Origin: the human T2T-CHM13v2.0 reference genome, Homo sapiens
Strand: one strand, 5' to 3'
Assembly (NCBI RefSeq): GCF_009914755.1
Contig: NC_060927.1
Length of the DNA stretch: 64,000 nt
Shown here piece after piece: positions 1 to 15,613 of this stretch (position 1 is the stretch's first letter; the number at the start of each line of letters is the position of its first letter). Below the pieces are notes generated by a model. It made no database searches, had not been told where the DNA came from, and was given only the letters and a program-made list of their open reading frames with translations. Both the position numbers and the translations under genes were made by a program.

Positions 1-44
1 GACTTGCTTTAGAATACTGTATATAATCATTAATCCCAATGTAA

Positions 45-125
45 TTCTTAGAAAAGTTAAAATTATTGCTCAAAATCACAGAGCTAGAATGTGATAGAAG
101 ATGGATTGAATGCCAGGTCATTGAG
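45..125 (-). mobile_element. MIR fragment
   Basis: Degenerate match to the MIR core (aagttaa...gctcaaaatcacagagctag...gatggattgaatgccagg). Confidence 0.4.
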
Positions 126-441
126 TCTTTGAGCACAATATCATTTTAATCCAATTTTGCTTCTCAGCATTTCAATGGGTTAAGGAAATTCACTGTATCT
201 CATTATCAATATTGCATGCATATTAAATTGTGGTATTACAAATTAAAACAGAACTAAGTTCTTTTCAGTAGAACAATGAATCACGAAAAAGTTTAAGAAG
301 AAATAATCTCTTCATCAGGATATAAGGAAAAAACATTCTCAAGAAGAAATTTTTCTCACATACAATCATTTATTATTAATAAGTTTGTTAGCCAGTAGAG
401 GGCTAGAAAAAGTAACTTTTAAACTTATTTTGGAGGCTTAA

Positions 442-2634
<2,193 letters not shown>

Positions 2635-3267
2635 AGACTTGCAGTTGGCATCATGTCAACCCTAGGTCTGGAAAGAAGTTGACCAATTCTCAAGGTAGAT
2701 ATTACAGTACTTGCTGGGTTCTTACACTTCAGTAGTGCAGGCATAGAGCACTTTTCTGCAATATTTTATCCGATCAGCATAGATTGCATGCCTCTAACCT
2801 CAACAATGAACATACAACTCTGACTTCAGTTATGTAGATTAACCAGTTACTAATTTTACTAGTGAAGAGTTGTTTCTAATATTCATCATGTTAAATAGCA
2901 AAACTTCTAGTTGATAGCTCAAACCCTTATAGTATGTTTACATCTAACATTGTTATCTGTTTAAATATTTAAAATCAATTGTATAACACATAACAGCTAT
3001 ATTTGTCTATTTAAAAAATACAAAGTAAATTTGTAAGATAAATGAGAGAAGAAGGTCTTCTTTTGTATCTTTTGTGCATATAATCATTATTACGTTGGAT
3101 GTTTTTGTATTCTGTGTCTCTTTACCCTACCTTGAGTGGGAGGGGTATATGCAGGCCTCTGCATTTAACCACAGATTAGACACATAGAGTGCTATTAGCC
3201 TTCTTCATTATCCATTCCTGTGATACCATCTTCAAGTCTCAGATCACAATTAAAAATGAGCTTAATT

Positions 3268-3439
3268 AAATTAGCTGGGTGTGGTGGCATGCCCCTATAG
3301 TTCTAGCTACTTAGGAGGCTGAGGTGGGAATTTTGCTTGAGCCAAGGAAATCAAGGCTGTAGTGAGCTCTAGCTGTGCCACTGTACTCTAGCCTGGTCAA
3401 CAATGTGAGATCTTGTCTCCAAAATATGAATAAATAAAA
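3268..3439 (+). mobile_element. Old Alu right-arm monomer (AluJ/FRAM-like)
   Basis: ttagctgggtgtggtggcatg...gaggctgaggtggga...tgagccaagg...ctgtactctagcctgg, then A-rich tail. Confidence 0.85.
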
Positions 3440-3951
3440 CAGCTTGATATGCAGAGTAACTATTTGTAATGGCCAGCAAATATTTACCTAATGAAATATT
3501 ACCCAATGAAATTTACGTATAGGACTGAAGTAGATATCTTTTTTTAATTGTATGTCTTATGACTAACGGAGTCAAATAATAATCTGCATTTGATTAGCAA
3601 TATAATGAAAGCATTTATTACTTTTTCTGCTCCCTCTTTTCATGATGTTTATTTTCCTCCTTCCTAATAAAATAATAAAAGTAGAGATACAATTTGCTTC
3701 ATATACATGATATTTAAATAATTGAAACTACGTTTCCAATAACAGGGAAGTGGTTCAATAATGATTTTATATATTTCTATATGTCTAGAATGTATCACAT
3801 TGTATGACCTGTAATCCTATTTAAAAAGATTACCTCATGATAAAAAAACCTCATGATACAATGTTTACTGAATAAAGCATAATTTCAAACAATATATATG
3901 TATTCTATATTATCCTCATTTTTTAGAGCCTCTTTCAGGCATAAACTAGGA

Positions 3952-4469
3952 CAGTGGTTCACAATATATACTATGAGGACCCTGGGGTTTGAGTTCATAA
4001 GACTCTTCACTGCAAGGCATAATAAACCATATGTAAAAATTCATTCAAAGTGGAAGACAGATCTATTGGCTTAAATATGACAATATTTTAAAAATTCAAA
4101 TATTTAAAAAAATTCAGATTTTACATATCATCTAATTTTGAAATAAATACCATTTTTGGATTTTGGTATAGTATCAAAGAAGAACATACTGAATTTTCTA
4201 AAAAGGCCTTAAAATATTCATTGTTTTGCCAATCTTATATATGGATGAGGCTGAATTTTATGTATAAATTTTAGCAAAAATAATATGTTGCAACAGTTTG
4301 AAAACATAAATAGATGAAGCAATTCAGCAGTCTTTAAAAGCCAGATAATAAAGAGATTTGTCAAAACGACAATCTTTTAATACTTTTGGTTTTGGCAGTT
4401 TTAACAAAAAACTATTTTAGCATTTCAAAGTGTAAAAGAATCCTGTGGTAAAGACAGTTTGAACCATTG
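3952..4469 (+). mobile_element. hAT-Charlie DNA transposon, internally deleted
   Basis: TIRs cagtggttc / gaaccattg; degenerate 8-bp TSD aactagga / atcttgga; remnant transposase C-terminus (FWYSIKEEHTEFSKKALK). Confidence 0.75.
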
Positions 4470-4749
4470 ATCTTGGATATTATCATCAGTTGCAAATTTC
4501 ACAGGCATAGCCTCATTTTGTAGATCCTCATCACAGAAAATAATGCATATGTGAAAAGATAAATTATAACTACCTTCAAAAATAGCTCAACTTGCATTAT
4601 TTAAAGTAGCAGTTTAAATTTTAGAATAATATATGAAAGTTGAAACTCTCCGAAATGAGCATACTAGCAAGTAAGTACCAGTTGAGTACATATTAAACTG
4701 GTAAAACAAACAAACAAACAAACAAAAAACATGCAAATTGTAATGACAA

Positions 4750-7390
4750 CAAGATAGTGTAATAAGAATCTCCAGACTCCCCTTCCTCTATGGAGACATA
4801 AGCATAACAACCATATACAAACTAATTGCTCATCTGAGTAATCTAAAAGCCACCTTAAAGGTTTCTTCGTCACAAATGAGCAAAAGCCAACAACATAAAA
4901 GCTCCATAGAAAAATTAATGGCACTTAATCACCTGCATTCCTTTTCCCAAGTATTCAACCAAGAATATAGTATCTGGCAAAAACTGTCTTTCAAAAATGA
5001 AGGCAGAACTGTGACTTGCCAACACAACCTAAAGAGGTGAGAGTTCATCAACACTGGACCTTCCCTGAAAGAGAGGCCTAAAGACAGTCTTTCAGATTAA
5101 AATGAAAAGACAATAAAAATAAACAAAATGCATATGAAAATATCAAATTCTCTGGTAAAGGTCAATATATAGACAAATATAGAATTCTGTAGTTTTATAA
5201 ATGATAAATCACTTTAAAATCTGGTGTAGAGTTTTAAAAACAGAGGCATAAGAGAGTAACTATAAATCACTTACTGAATACAAATAAAAATAGGTTATTA
5301 GAATAATTAATAACAAAGTGGGGGGTGCATAGAAAAAAAGAAATTGAGTTTATATGTGGTCAAATATATGAACATACAAACTGTTAAATTGTTATTAGTT
5401 TAAAAATAAATTGTTAACTTTAAAGTGTTTTAAATTACTGTTAACCAGAAAGATAGTATCTATACAACATACGCGAAGGGAAATGAGAGGAAAATCAAAA
5501 TATGTACAAATTAGCAACGAAACACACAAGAAAGAAGCATGAGAGAAAAGGAAAGACAAAAAAGCTACGATATACAGAAAACAACTGATATAATAGCAAT
5601 ATTAAGTTCATCCCTATCAGTAATTATTTTAAATGTAAATGGTTAAATGCTCCAATTACAAGAAAAAGATTGGCTGAATATATTATGTAAAAAGCACTGT
5701 CCAGCTATGTGCTGTCCACAAGAGACTTGTTTAACATCTAAGGACACACATAGGTGGAAAGTGAAATAGTGAAAAAAGATATTCCATGCAATTGTGAACC
5801 TAAAGAGAGTAAGGTTGGCCGTATATCAAACAAAATAGGCTTTAATACAATAACTGTCACAAGAGCTAAAGAAGGGGATTATACAATGATGACAGTCAGT
5901 TATCAGGAAGATATAACCATTATAAATATATATACATCTAACATTAAAGCTCCTACATAAATGAAGCGTACATTTATAGAACTGAAGGGAGTAATAAATA
6001 GCAATACAATAATAGTAGGAGATTTCTCCACTTTCAGTTATGACTAAAACAATAGGCATAAGAAAAGAGAGGACTTGAACATCCCTATAGACCAATTGGA
6101 CCTAATAGACACAAACAGAACACTCCACCAAGCGACAGCAGAATATATATTCTTCTCAAGTGCACATAAAACATTCTGAAAGACCACTTATTAAAACACA
6201 ATAAAAATTTTATCAAATTTAAGAACATTGAAACATTGAAATTATACAGTGTATGTTCTCTGACCACAATGAAATGAAACTGGTAATCAATAGCAGAGGG
6301 AAAACAAAAAAATCCAAAAAAGTGGAAATTAAATCACTAACTCAAACAACTAATAGATAAAAGAAGAAATCACAGAAAAATCTAGAGAGTATCTAGAGAC
6401 AAATGAAAATGAAAAATACCACATACCAAAACATATGAGATGGGACAAAAGCAGTACTAAGAGAAAAAATTGTAACAATAAACGCTTACAATTAAAAAGA
6501 AAAAAATCTCACATCAACAACCTAACTTTATACCTCAAGGAACTAGAAGGATAAGCTAAAACAAAAGTTTACAGAAAGAATGAAAAAAAATTAGAACAGA
6601 GATAAATAAAAAACAGAGTATAGTAAAACATTAGAAAAACATTAATAGGCCGGGCGCGGTCGCTCACGCTTGTAATCCTAGCACTTTGGGAGGACTAGGT
6701 GGGTGGATCACCTAAGGTCGGGAGTTCGAGACCAGCCTGACCAATATGGAGAAACCCCATCTCTAATAAAAATACAAAATTAGCTGGGCGTGGTGGTGCA
6801 TGCCTGTAATCCCAGCTACTCAGGAAGCTGAGGCATGAGAATCGTTTGAATCCAGGAGGCGGAGGTTGCAGTGAGCCGAGATCGCGCCGTTGTACTCCAG
6901 CATGGACAATGAGAGCGAAACTCCCTCTCAAAAAAAAAAAAAAAAAAAAGAAAGAAAGAAAAGAAAAGAAGAGAAAAAAAATTAATAAAACCAACAGTTT
7001 TTTTTTGAAAAGACCAACAAAATTCACAAACCCTTAACTAGTCAGGGTCTTGTTTGCTTTTAACAAAAACGGAGAAAACTCAAATAACTAAAATTAGAAA
7101 TGAAAGGGGAACATTACAACATATGTTACAAAAATTTTAAAAAAGGAAATATAAAACTACTATGAACAATTATATACTAACAAATTGAATAACTTGGAGG
7201 AACTGAATAAATTTATGAAAACATACAACCTACCAATACTATAAATCATGAAGAAATAAAATACTGGAGATGTAAGAAGATGGAAGCAATAATAATAATA
7301 ATTAATAATAGAAACCTGTTAACAAAGAAAAGCCCAGAACTATATGGCTTCACTAAGGAATTTTTTAAAATGTCATCTTCTTGAAGAAAA
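4750..7390 (+). mobile_element. Old L1M: 5' end, ORF1 C-terminus, inter-ORF spacer, ORF2 endonuclease/linker
   Basis: ORF1 end motif (caaccaagaata...aaactgtctttcaaaaatgaagg) at ~4955; EN start (LNVNGLNAPI) at ~5630; interrupted by an Alu. Confidence 0.8.
6648..6980 (+). mobile_element. AluSp
   Basis: Full dimer with ggtcgggagttc...ccaatatggagaaacc diagnostics, A/GAAA tail, TSD ~aaaaa(c/a)attaata. Confidence 0.92.
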
Positions 7391-8406
7391 TTAACAATAG
7401 AACAGCAAAAACCTTGACTTGGTCTAATCTTGACTGGTTACTTTTTAGGCCTACCACATAGCCATTACCTTGGCCAGGTGAACACTGACCATCTACTCAT
7501 ATTTAAGAATGAGGCACTAAAAAGCCGATTAGAAGCTCTGTTTGGTTAAATTTTACCATTTTTGGTCCTTGCTTAAAAGTAATCAGTCTGGTCTGCTTTA
7601 TAATAGAATTGTTGATGTCAGTATGCCTGGGTATATTATTTTGGCCTGATCAAATGTCATTGAGAATGATCTTGCAATTTTATCTAAATAGGGCCTAATT
7701 TTAATTGGTTAACTGATTTAGGAGGAGAAAGGAGCCTCGTTATCTTTATGCCTGCCTTTCTAGCAAGCTTTGAGAGAAAGCATTAGGAATTGTATTTGTT
7801 GTAATTTATGCAGTTTCTAATAGTAGAATAGTTTGGATTGTCTAATTCACCACATCACTAGAAGTGTAACTCTAACATTTATTTTTAAAATAATTGAATA
7901 TGATAAAATTTGATTATTTAATGTAATGAAATACTTTATCAAGCTTAAATAAGTTGTTACAAATAATTTGTTTATATATAAAATAAACTAGAAATTTGAT
8001 GTTCAGATACCACAATTTTAGTACCAAGAATATAGATCCATCTTTTTACTAAATTGTTAGTAAAGCCATTCCAAAATTTTGCATAAATTACAGGCCTACA
8101 GTAAACATCAAATTTTGGAATAAATCAAGTCCAGTATTCCCAATTATCTTTTACTGTATAAATTTAAAAAAAAATCTTTGTCAGTTTGCATACACCTTTT
8201 CCAAGCATATTTAGTTAAGAGTATCAACTATTTATCTCAAAACAGAAATATAAGACCAAGTGATGTAGTTTATTTAGTTCTATTTTATTTTGTTGATTAA
8301 TCAAGTCAATAAATACATTATTTTTATGTCTAATATATGTTAAATATTTTGCTTCTGCTAGGCTTTAAAAAAACACAATATATTCTAAATATTGAGGTGC
8401 TTGAAG

Positions 8407-9399
8407 TTTTTTTTTTTCTTTTTTTTAACTTCTATTTTAAGTTCAAGGGTACAAGCGCAGGTTTGTTACATAGGTAAATTTGTGTAATGGCGGTTTGTTG
8501 TACAGATTATTTAGTCAAACATGAATTAAGCCTAGTACCTATTATTTTTTCTGATACTCTCCCTTCTCCCGCCTTTTACCCTCTGAAAGACCCCAGTGTG
8601 TAAAGTTTCCCTCCATGTGTTTTCATTATTTATCTCCCACTTGTAAGTGAGAATATGTGGTATTTGGTTTTCTCTTCCTGTATTAGTTTGCTTAGGATAA
8701 TGGCCTCCAGCTTTATCTATGTCGCTACAAAGGACATGATCTCATTCTTTTTATGGCTGCATAGTATTCCATGGTGTGTATGTACCACATTTTCTTTATC
8801 CAGTCTATCATTGATGGGCATTTAGGTTGATTCCATGTCTTTGCTATTGAAAATAGTGCTGCAATAAACATGAATGCATGCATCTTTTTAACAGAGTGAT
8901 TGATCTTCTTTTGGGTATATACCCAGTAATAGGATTGGTGAGTTCTAATGGTATTTCTGTCGTTAGGTCTTTGAGGAGTCACCACACTATCTTCCACAAT
9001 GGCTGACTGACCTAATTTACACTTCCACCAACAGTGTGTAAGCATTCCTTTTTCTCCACAACTTCACCAGCATCTGTTATTTTTTGGCTTTTAAATAATA
9101 GCCATTCTGACTGGTGTGAAATGGTATTTCATTGTGGTTTTGATTTGGATTTCTCCAATGATCAGTCATGCTGAGCTTTTTTTCATATGATTTTTTGCCG
9201 CATATGTGTCTCGTTTTGAAAATTGTAGGTTCATGTCCTTTGCCCACTTTTTAACGAGTTTTTTCTCTTTTAAATTTGTTTGTTTCTTATGGATGCTGGA
9301 TATTAGACCTTTGTTGGATGCATGGTTTGAAAAAACTTCCTCCCATTCTGTAGGTTGTCTATTTACTCTGATGATAGTTTATTTTGCTGTGCAGAAGCT
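8407..9399 (-). mobile_element. L1 3' part (older L1PA, ~PA13-16), non-inverted half of a twin-primed insertion
   Basis: polyT, then antisense 3'UTR and ORF2 C-terminus (ORF 8725..9045 [17 protein letters not shown]). Confidence 0.88.
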
Positions 9400-10767
9400 T
9401 ATCCACCACGATCACCAGTATACAAGGTTTGTTCAACATGTGCGTATTAATAAATGTGATTCATTACATAAACAGAACTAAATATAAAAAAGACATTATT
9501 ATCTCAATAGATGCAGGAAAGGCTTTCTATAAAATTCTACATCCATTCATGTTAAAAATTCTCAATAAACTAGGCATTGATGGAAGACACGTAAAAATAA
9601 TAAGAGCCATATATGATAAACCCACAGCCAACATCATACTGAAGGGAATGAAAAAAGATGGAAGTATTCTCCTTGAAAACCGGCACAAAACAATGATGAC
9701 CTCTCTCAGAACTCCTATTTAACATAGTATTGGATGTTCTGGCCAGGGCAATCAGGCAAGAGAAGGAAATAAAGAGCATCCAAATGGCAGAAGAGGAAGT
9801 CAAACTATCCCTGTTTTCAGATGACATGATCCTATATTTAGAAAACCCCATAGTCTCTGCCAAAAAGCATGTTAAGCTGATAAACAACTTCAGCAAAGTC
9901 TCAGGATAAAAAATCAATATGCAAAACTCACTAGCATTTCTCTACACCAACAACATTCTAGCTGAGAGCAAAATTAGGGGGAACTTCCATTCACAATTGC
10001 CACAAAAAGAATAAGTTGCCTAGGAATACAGGTAATAAGGAGGTGAATGGTCTCAATAAGGAGAACTACAAACTGCTACTCAAAGAAATCAGAGAGGATA
10101 TGAACAAATGGAAAAACATTCCATATTCATGGATAGGAAGACTCAATATTGTTAAAATGACCATACTACCCAAAGCAATTTATAGAGTTAATGTTACTTC
10201 TATTAATTTATCATTGACATTCTTAAGAGAATTAGAGAAAACTACCTTAAAATTTATATGGAACCTAAAAAGAACCCGAAGAGCCATGGCAATCCTAAGC
10301 AAAAAAACAAACACGCAAAAAAAAAAAAAAACTGAAGGCATCACACTACCCAACTTCAAACTATACTACAGAGCTTACAGAGCTACAGTAACCAAAACAG
10401 CATGATACTGGTACAAAAACAGATGCACAGAACAATAGAAAAGAATAGAGGACCCAGAAATAAGACTGACTGCCCACAGCTATCTGATCTTCAACAAACC
10501 TGACAAAAACAAGCAATGGGGTAGGATTTTCTATTCAATAAATGTTGCTGGAATAACTGGCTAGTCATATGCAGTATATTGAAACTGGACCCTTTTCTTA
10601 CACCATATACAAAAATTAACTCAAGATGGATTAAAGACTTAAATGTAAAATCCAAAACTATAAAAACCCTGGAAAACAACCTAGGCAATGCCATTCAGGA
10701 CATAGGCATGGGCAAAGACTTCATAGTAAAGACACCAAAAGTAATCATAACAAAAGCAAAAATTGAC
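9395..10767 (+). mobile_element. Inverted 5' half of the same L1 (ORF2 RT region)
   Basis: Sense ORF2 from aagcttatccaccacgatca to caaaagcaaaaattgac; joined through AAGCT microhomology. Confidence 0.85.
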
Positions 10768-11035
10768 CATTGAAAATTCAATGTTAATTGATTGCATGAC
10801 CACAAATAAAAGTTTCCCATAGAAACTTATCTGTAGGAAAATAATGCATTATTTAAAACCACAATTGATATCTAAAAACTTTACTCTTACTAAAGTATCA
10901 TAATCTTTCTCTGCCATATATGTTTTACGTTTAACTATATAATCAAATAAGCTGCATTGAAACTTCAGAGCATAAGATAAATATTACTCTTCATTATAAA
11001 AAATTAGTGATGAGACTGCCAAACTTCTCTGTTTA

Positions 11036-11365
11036 AAATATATATGTATATATGTTTTGATCTCAACATTTGTATAAAATATTGTATGAAATATGTTAAA
11101 TATAATATATAATTATATTATATAAATTATATATGCATAAAATTTTACATATGTATATATGTATAAAATTACATATTTATAATTTATAAATTTATAATAT
11201 AAATATATAAAATATAATGTATTATATATAATTTATACAGCTACCTGATGTATTATAATTTATATATGCATATATGTATAAAAGTTTATGCATATATAAT
11301 TATATATGTATAAAATATATATTGTATAAAATATTGTATAAAATATATTATATATATTTTATAAA
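11036..11365. repeat. (TA)n-like AT-rich low-complexity tract
   Basis: Almost pure A/T with tata/ataaaat motifs. Confidence 0.9.
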
Positions 11366-11859
11366 AATGTGATCAAAACTCTTTGTTGTTTTAGCTCCTC
11401 TGTGACTTAGTTTCTCCTTCTGTATGAATTTGCGGGACAGAAGGAAAAAATAAGTCACAGAGGAGCTGGAACAACAAATAATTTTGATCCCCATTATTGT
11501 AAATTCAAATAGCTGATTTCAGTGGTATTTGGTTAAACAGAGGTAAAGACAAAAAGACTACTGTAATCCAACTTTAATTTCTTATAAACTGGAGAGAAAG
11601 CAATACTGTAGTAGGGAATAAAGCAGTGAGCTTACAAGCTCAACAGGTATTATACACTTAGCCATAGGGAGTTGTACAGCCTTGTTGTTATGAGAATTTG
11701 AAAACTCATGGTGTAGATACTGGATTTCTCTCCTAACATTGGCCAATCCAATTATATATAAATCCAATGGTATATAAATGGTATAAGTCAATCCATTGAC
11801 TTATAAATTTCAGAAAACTTCAATATAAACACAGTGAATAATTGAATTATAAAAATATG

Positions 11860-12420
11860 AATAAAGTCATATGAGCATCAGAAGGAGAAACACATCAATA
11901 TTTTAGGAAACTGACAAAAATTCAAATTGAAGATAGTATTCCTTTGGGGCCTTGAAATCTGAGTTGAATTGAAGCATGAGAGTCAAGAAAGTGGGATGTT
12001 TATTAAACAATGAAAAAAAAACATGTATAAATAAATAAGAAGCTTCAAAAGGCTATGGAGTATTCAGATCAGTGCTTGAAGTTGTTAGGCTGAAACTTCA
12101 GGTATTTACAGGAGGAGTGGTGAGATGTAAAGTTAGAGAAGTGGGCATATTCTAAGTGTTTTTAATTATAAAACTAAAGATATCTCCTTTTTGTCAGTAG
12201 GCACTATGAGATTAACTATAACATGATACATATAGATTTTGCAGAAATATCTCTTTTTGCAGGAAGTATCATTAGGGATGATGGGCTTAAATTAGTTGCA
12301 GATAACTGAGGCTCTAAAGATAGTGAAAGGTAATGAAACTGGCAGAGGAAGTAACATAGGGAATGGGAAAGAAAATGTCACTATTGGAAATATTTCTGAG
12401 GGATAAGCTGGTGATTGTCT
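11860..12420 (-). mobile_element. L2 fragment
   Basis: Purine-rich degenerate L2 motifs (ggggccttgaa...gagt; gtgagatgtaaagttagagaagtgggc). Confidence 0.4.
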
Positions 12421-14029
12421 GAATGCCAAGATTTTTGAACCACCATAGAGGCATGGTTCCTGTTTCATCTTTTTTCAAAATTTACTGAGGATATTCAGCA
12501 GCATATCTTTTAAGAAGGGTCATAGGTGTGTAAAAAATGAAATATAATTATTTATTTACTGTCTTGTACCTAGTTATCAGCTAAATTTCTATTGTGTCAG
12601 TAGAAGCCATTTTCAAACTTCTTAGGTTGGGAAAGCCATTAAAAATCCACCAGCATCTCCAGGGATGCTACTTTATAGAATATAATCATTCAGCAAACAG
12701 AGAAATTATTAGAAATATCTTTGCACAGTTTTTTTGAAATAATTTTCTAATATTTATCAGTCTCAAAATCAATATCCCTCCAAATTGAAATTCTTATAAG
12801 AGGAAAATAATACAACTTGTTTCTGAGATAACACCCTAAGAAAAACTTGGGAAAAGTAGAAAGTGAAAAAATGTCAGGGTGATTATTTTTAACAAAATAA
12901 TACAAAGAAAATTATACTGTACTTACATAGAAATGATGTCTGAACTATCTCTATGCAAATTACATTGATGTTTTATTGTTAAGCAGTTTCTAGTTCCTTT
13001 GTATACTCAGGCAGCAAAAATAACCACTTTATTGAGACCATATACATATAGCAATATTACAAGAATCTAAACTATTATTTTAGTTAAAGTAATATTTTCT
13101 AATATTTGAGATTTAAATATACAAATTAGTTGTAAATTGCTCTTGTTACTTCATATTGAAAGAAGTAACCATTAATGACATTCCATTTAACTTTTGATTG
13201 ACACTGTGATTGAAACATAATAAAATGTCTTTCTTGTTTTTGAAGCTGTGCTCTACATAAGCTGAGTATGTATGTAAATATTTTACATATTCAATAGTGC
13301 ATTTTACTGTTTTTAATTATCCCTTTTGAGATTTTATATTGTATAGTCTTGGAATTTCCACAAAACAATGGCATATTTGTTAATATACACAAACAACCAA
13401 ATTACTTGACTCTTGCTTACTACTCATAAGATAATTGTTATTTGCTATATGTTTATGAGACTTAGAGTTACTTTATAAGATAATCTGTGATTAAATGACT
13501 CATTTTAGCATATCTACAACCCTTAGAATAATAGCCATATAGTATCATTCTACTGAACATGAATAAAAATAAAATCAATACCCCATGTACAGGGTGAAGT
13601 AAGTGTGGTTTTGCCAGTCTGGGAAGTTTTCTGAAATGGAGAAGTGGAAACCCACCTGATGAGCAATATAAGACTATTTTTCTCTACCTAGATAGAATCA
13701 GTGTATATAGAGGAAAGCTTTGAGTAGCTGGTAGAAGGTAGAAGTTGATCCATAGCTATAAAAAGAGTCCTTTTATTAGGAACAAAGGACTAAGGTATTT
13801 GCATGTGAAAATGTTCCAGCCTTATTGTGACAATAATGAAGAATTCTCAGGTTACTCGCTGAATAGAACAGTATGTATAAGGTCAAGGAACAGTACAATG
13901 TTTCAAACAGGACAGGTATTATGCTTCATATTCACCCTAACCGGTTAACAATCCTTTGGATTTAGTATTTCCTCTGTGTGTGTTTTTTTTTTAATATTTA
14001 AGCCAGTTTAGCTTCATAAGTGAAATATC

Positions 14030-14420
14030 TTAGGGTAACTGAAACTACCTGCTACAGCAACTCCTAAATCCAGTGAATTAACACAGAAAAATATTTTTCT
14101 CATTTATGCGAATTCCAAAGCAGATATTTTTGGAAAAGAGTCCATGTGTTGACCTATCAATCTAAAATCCTTCCATTTGAGGATAATGCCCCTAAATATG
14201 TGACTTTCAGGGTCACTGAGGAAGGGGAAGAGTAAAGAAGATTATGCTGGGGAGATCTTTTTTTCCCTTAATGTGTCAGATGTGGAAAATTCATGCATCA
14301 TTGTTTGTTATATTCCTCCTATTTTCTATTCCTCCTCTTCTACGTAGATGCAAGGTTAATGTTGTCTACTATGTACAGAAGAAAAATGAAATGGCCTTTT
14401 GAATGAATTGAATAGTCTTT
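14030..14420 (-). mobile_element. Ancient ERVL/MaLR LTR remnant (MLT1/LTR33-like)
   Basis: tgctacagcaactcctaaatccagtgaattaacacag...ttctcattt motif. Confidence 0.3.
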
Positions 14421-15336
14421 CACAGGTAACAAAGAACTTATGTCCAGTTAAAAGTTGAAAATTTTAAGAGAAGTAGCCAATATTTGAGAGTGAGCATGCC
14501 AGTGGCACACATGAAGCAAAGTGGGCAAGGCCTAAGGAAAATATGCAATGTAAAAGAGCAAGGTGAGAGACTTCAGCCATATTTTGTGCTCTAAACCTTA
14601 AGTATTCATTAAGAATGGTTTTACTTAAATTCTAACCATATGTTTATTTATTTCTCATTTTTTAGTTTTATGGTAGTCTTGAAATTATTTTATAACGCCA
14701 AGAGGATAGGAACGTCTTAATAAACTTAAAGAGCACATTTGCAAAATTCATGAAGTAGTATTACTTAAATATAAAAAATGTCTCACAACAGTGACATTTA
14801 TATTTGACAGTCAATAGTTGTATCAGATTTATTTCTATTTGATTTTCAAATCATGTTTTTAATGTTTTCTGTTAAATCTTTATCACTTATGGTGTTCATG
14901 TTTCAAGATCAGTTTCATCTATTTAAAGGTATCTAACATCATTTTATATGGCTCAATTTCCGTTTAAATTCAAAATTGGGTATGGCAGCTTATTAAAGTA
15001 CTAATAAAAATAAAAGGAGCTTTAATGATTATATAGGAATTGCCTATGTTCAGTTAATTTCAATAGAATATCACATATAACTTTAATATGCATGGAGGAA
15101 ACAGCAGAGTGCCTATTTTTCAAAATTAAACACTGAAAAACAATGTAAAACAATAAGCGTAATTGTGAAATTTTATACTAGCATAACCTTTTATTCAAGA
15201 CATTCATAATTTTCTAATAGTGAAAAGTTTTATAGTTTTTAGTCAACAATACTAAGGTAAAATATTAAGTATTTAGAATTCATTGCTAATATTCTCTTTG
15301 GGATAAATGGTATGCTTATTTTGTCGGGTTGGGTAA

Positions 15337-15613
<277 letters not shown>

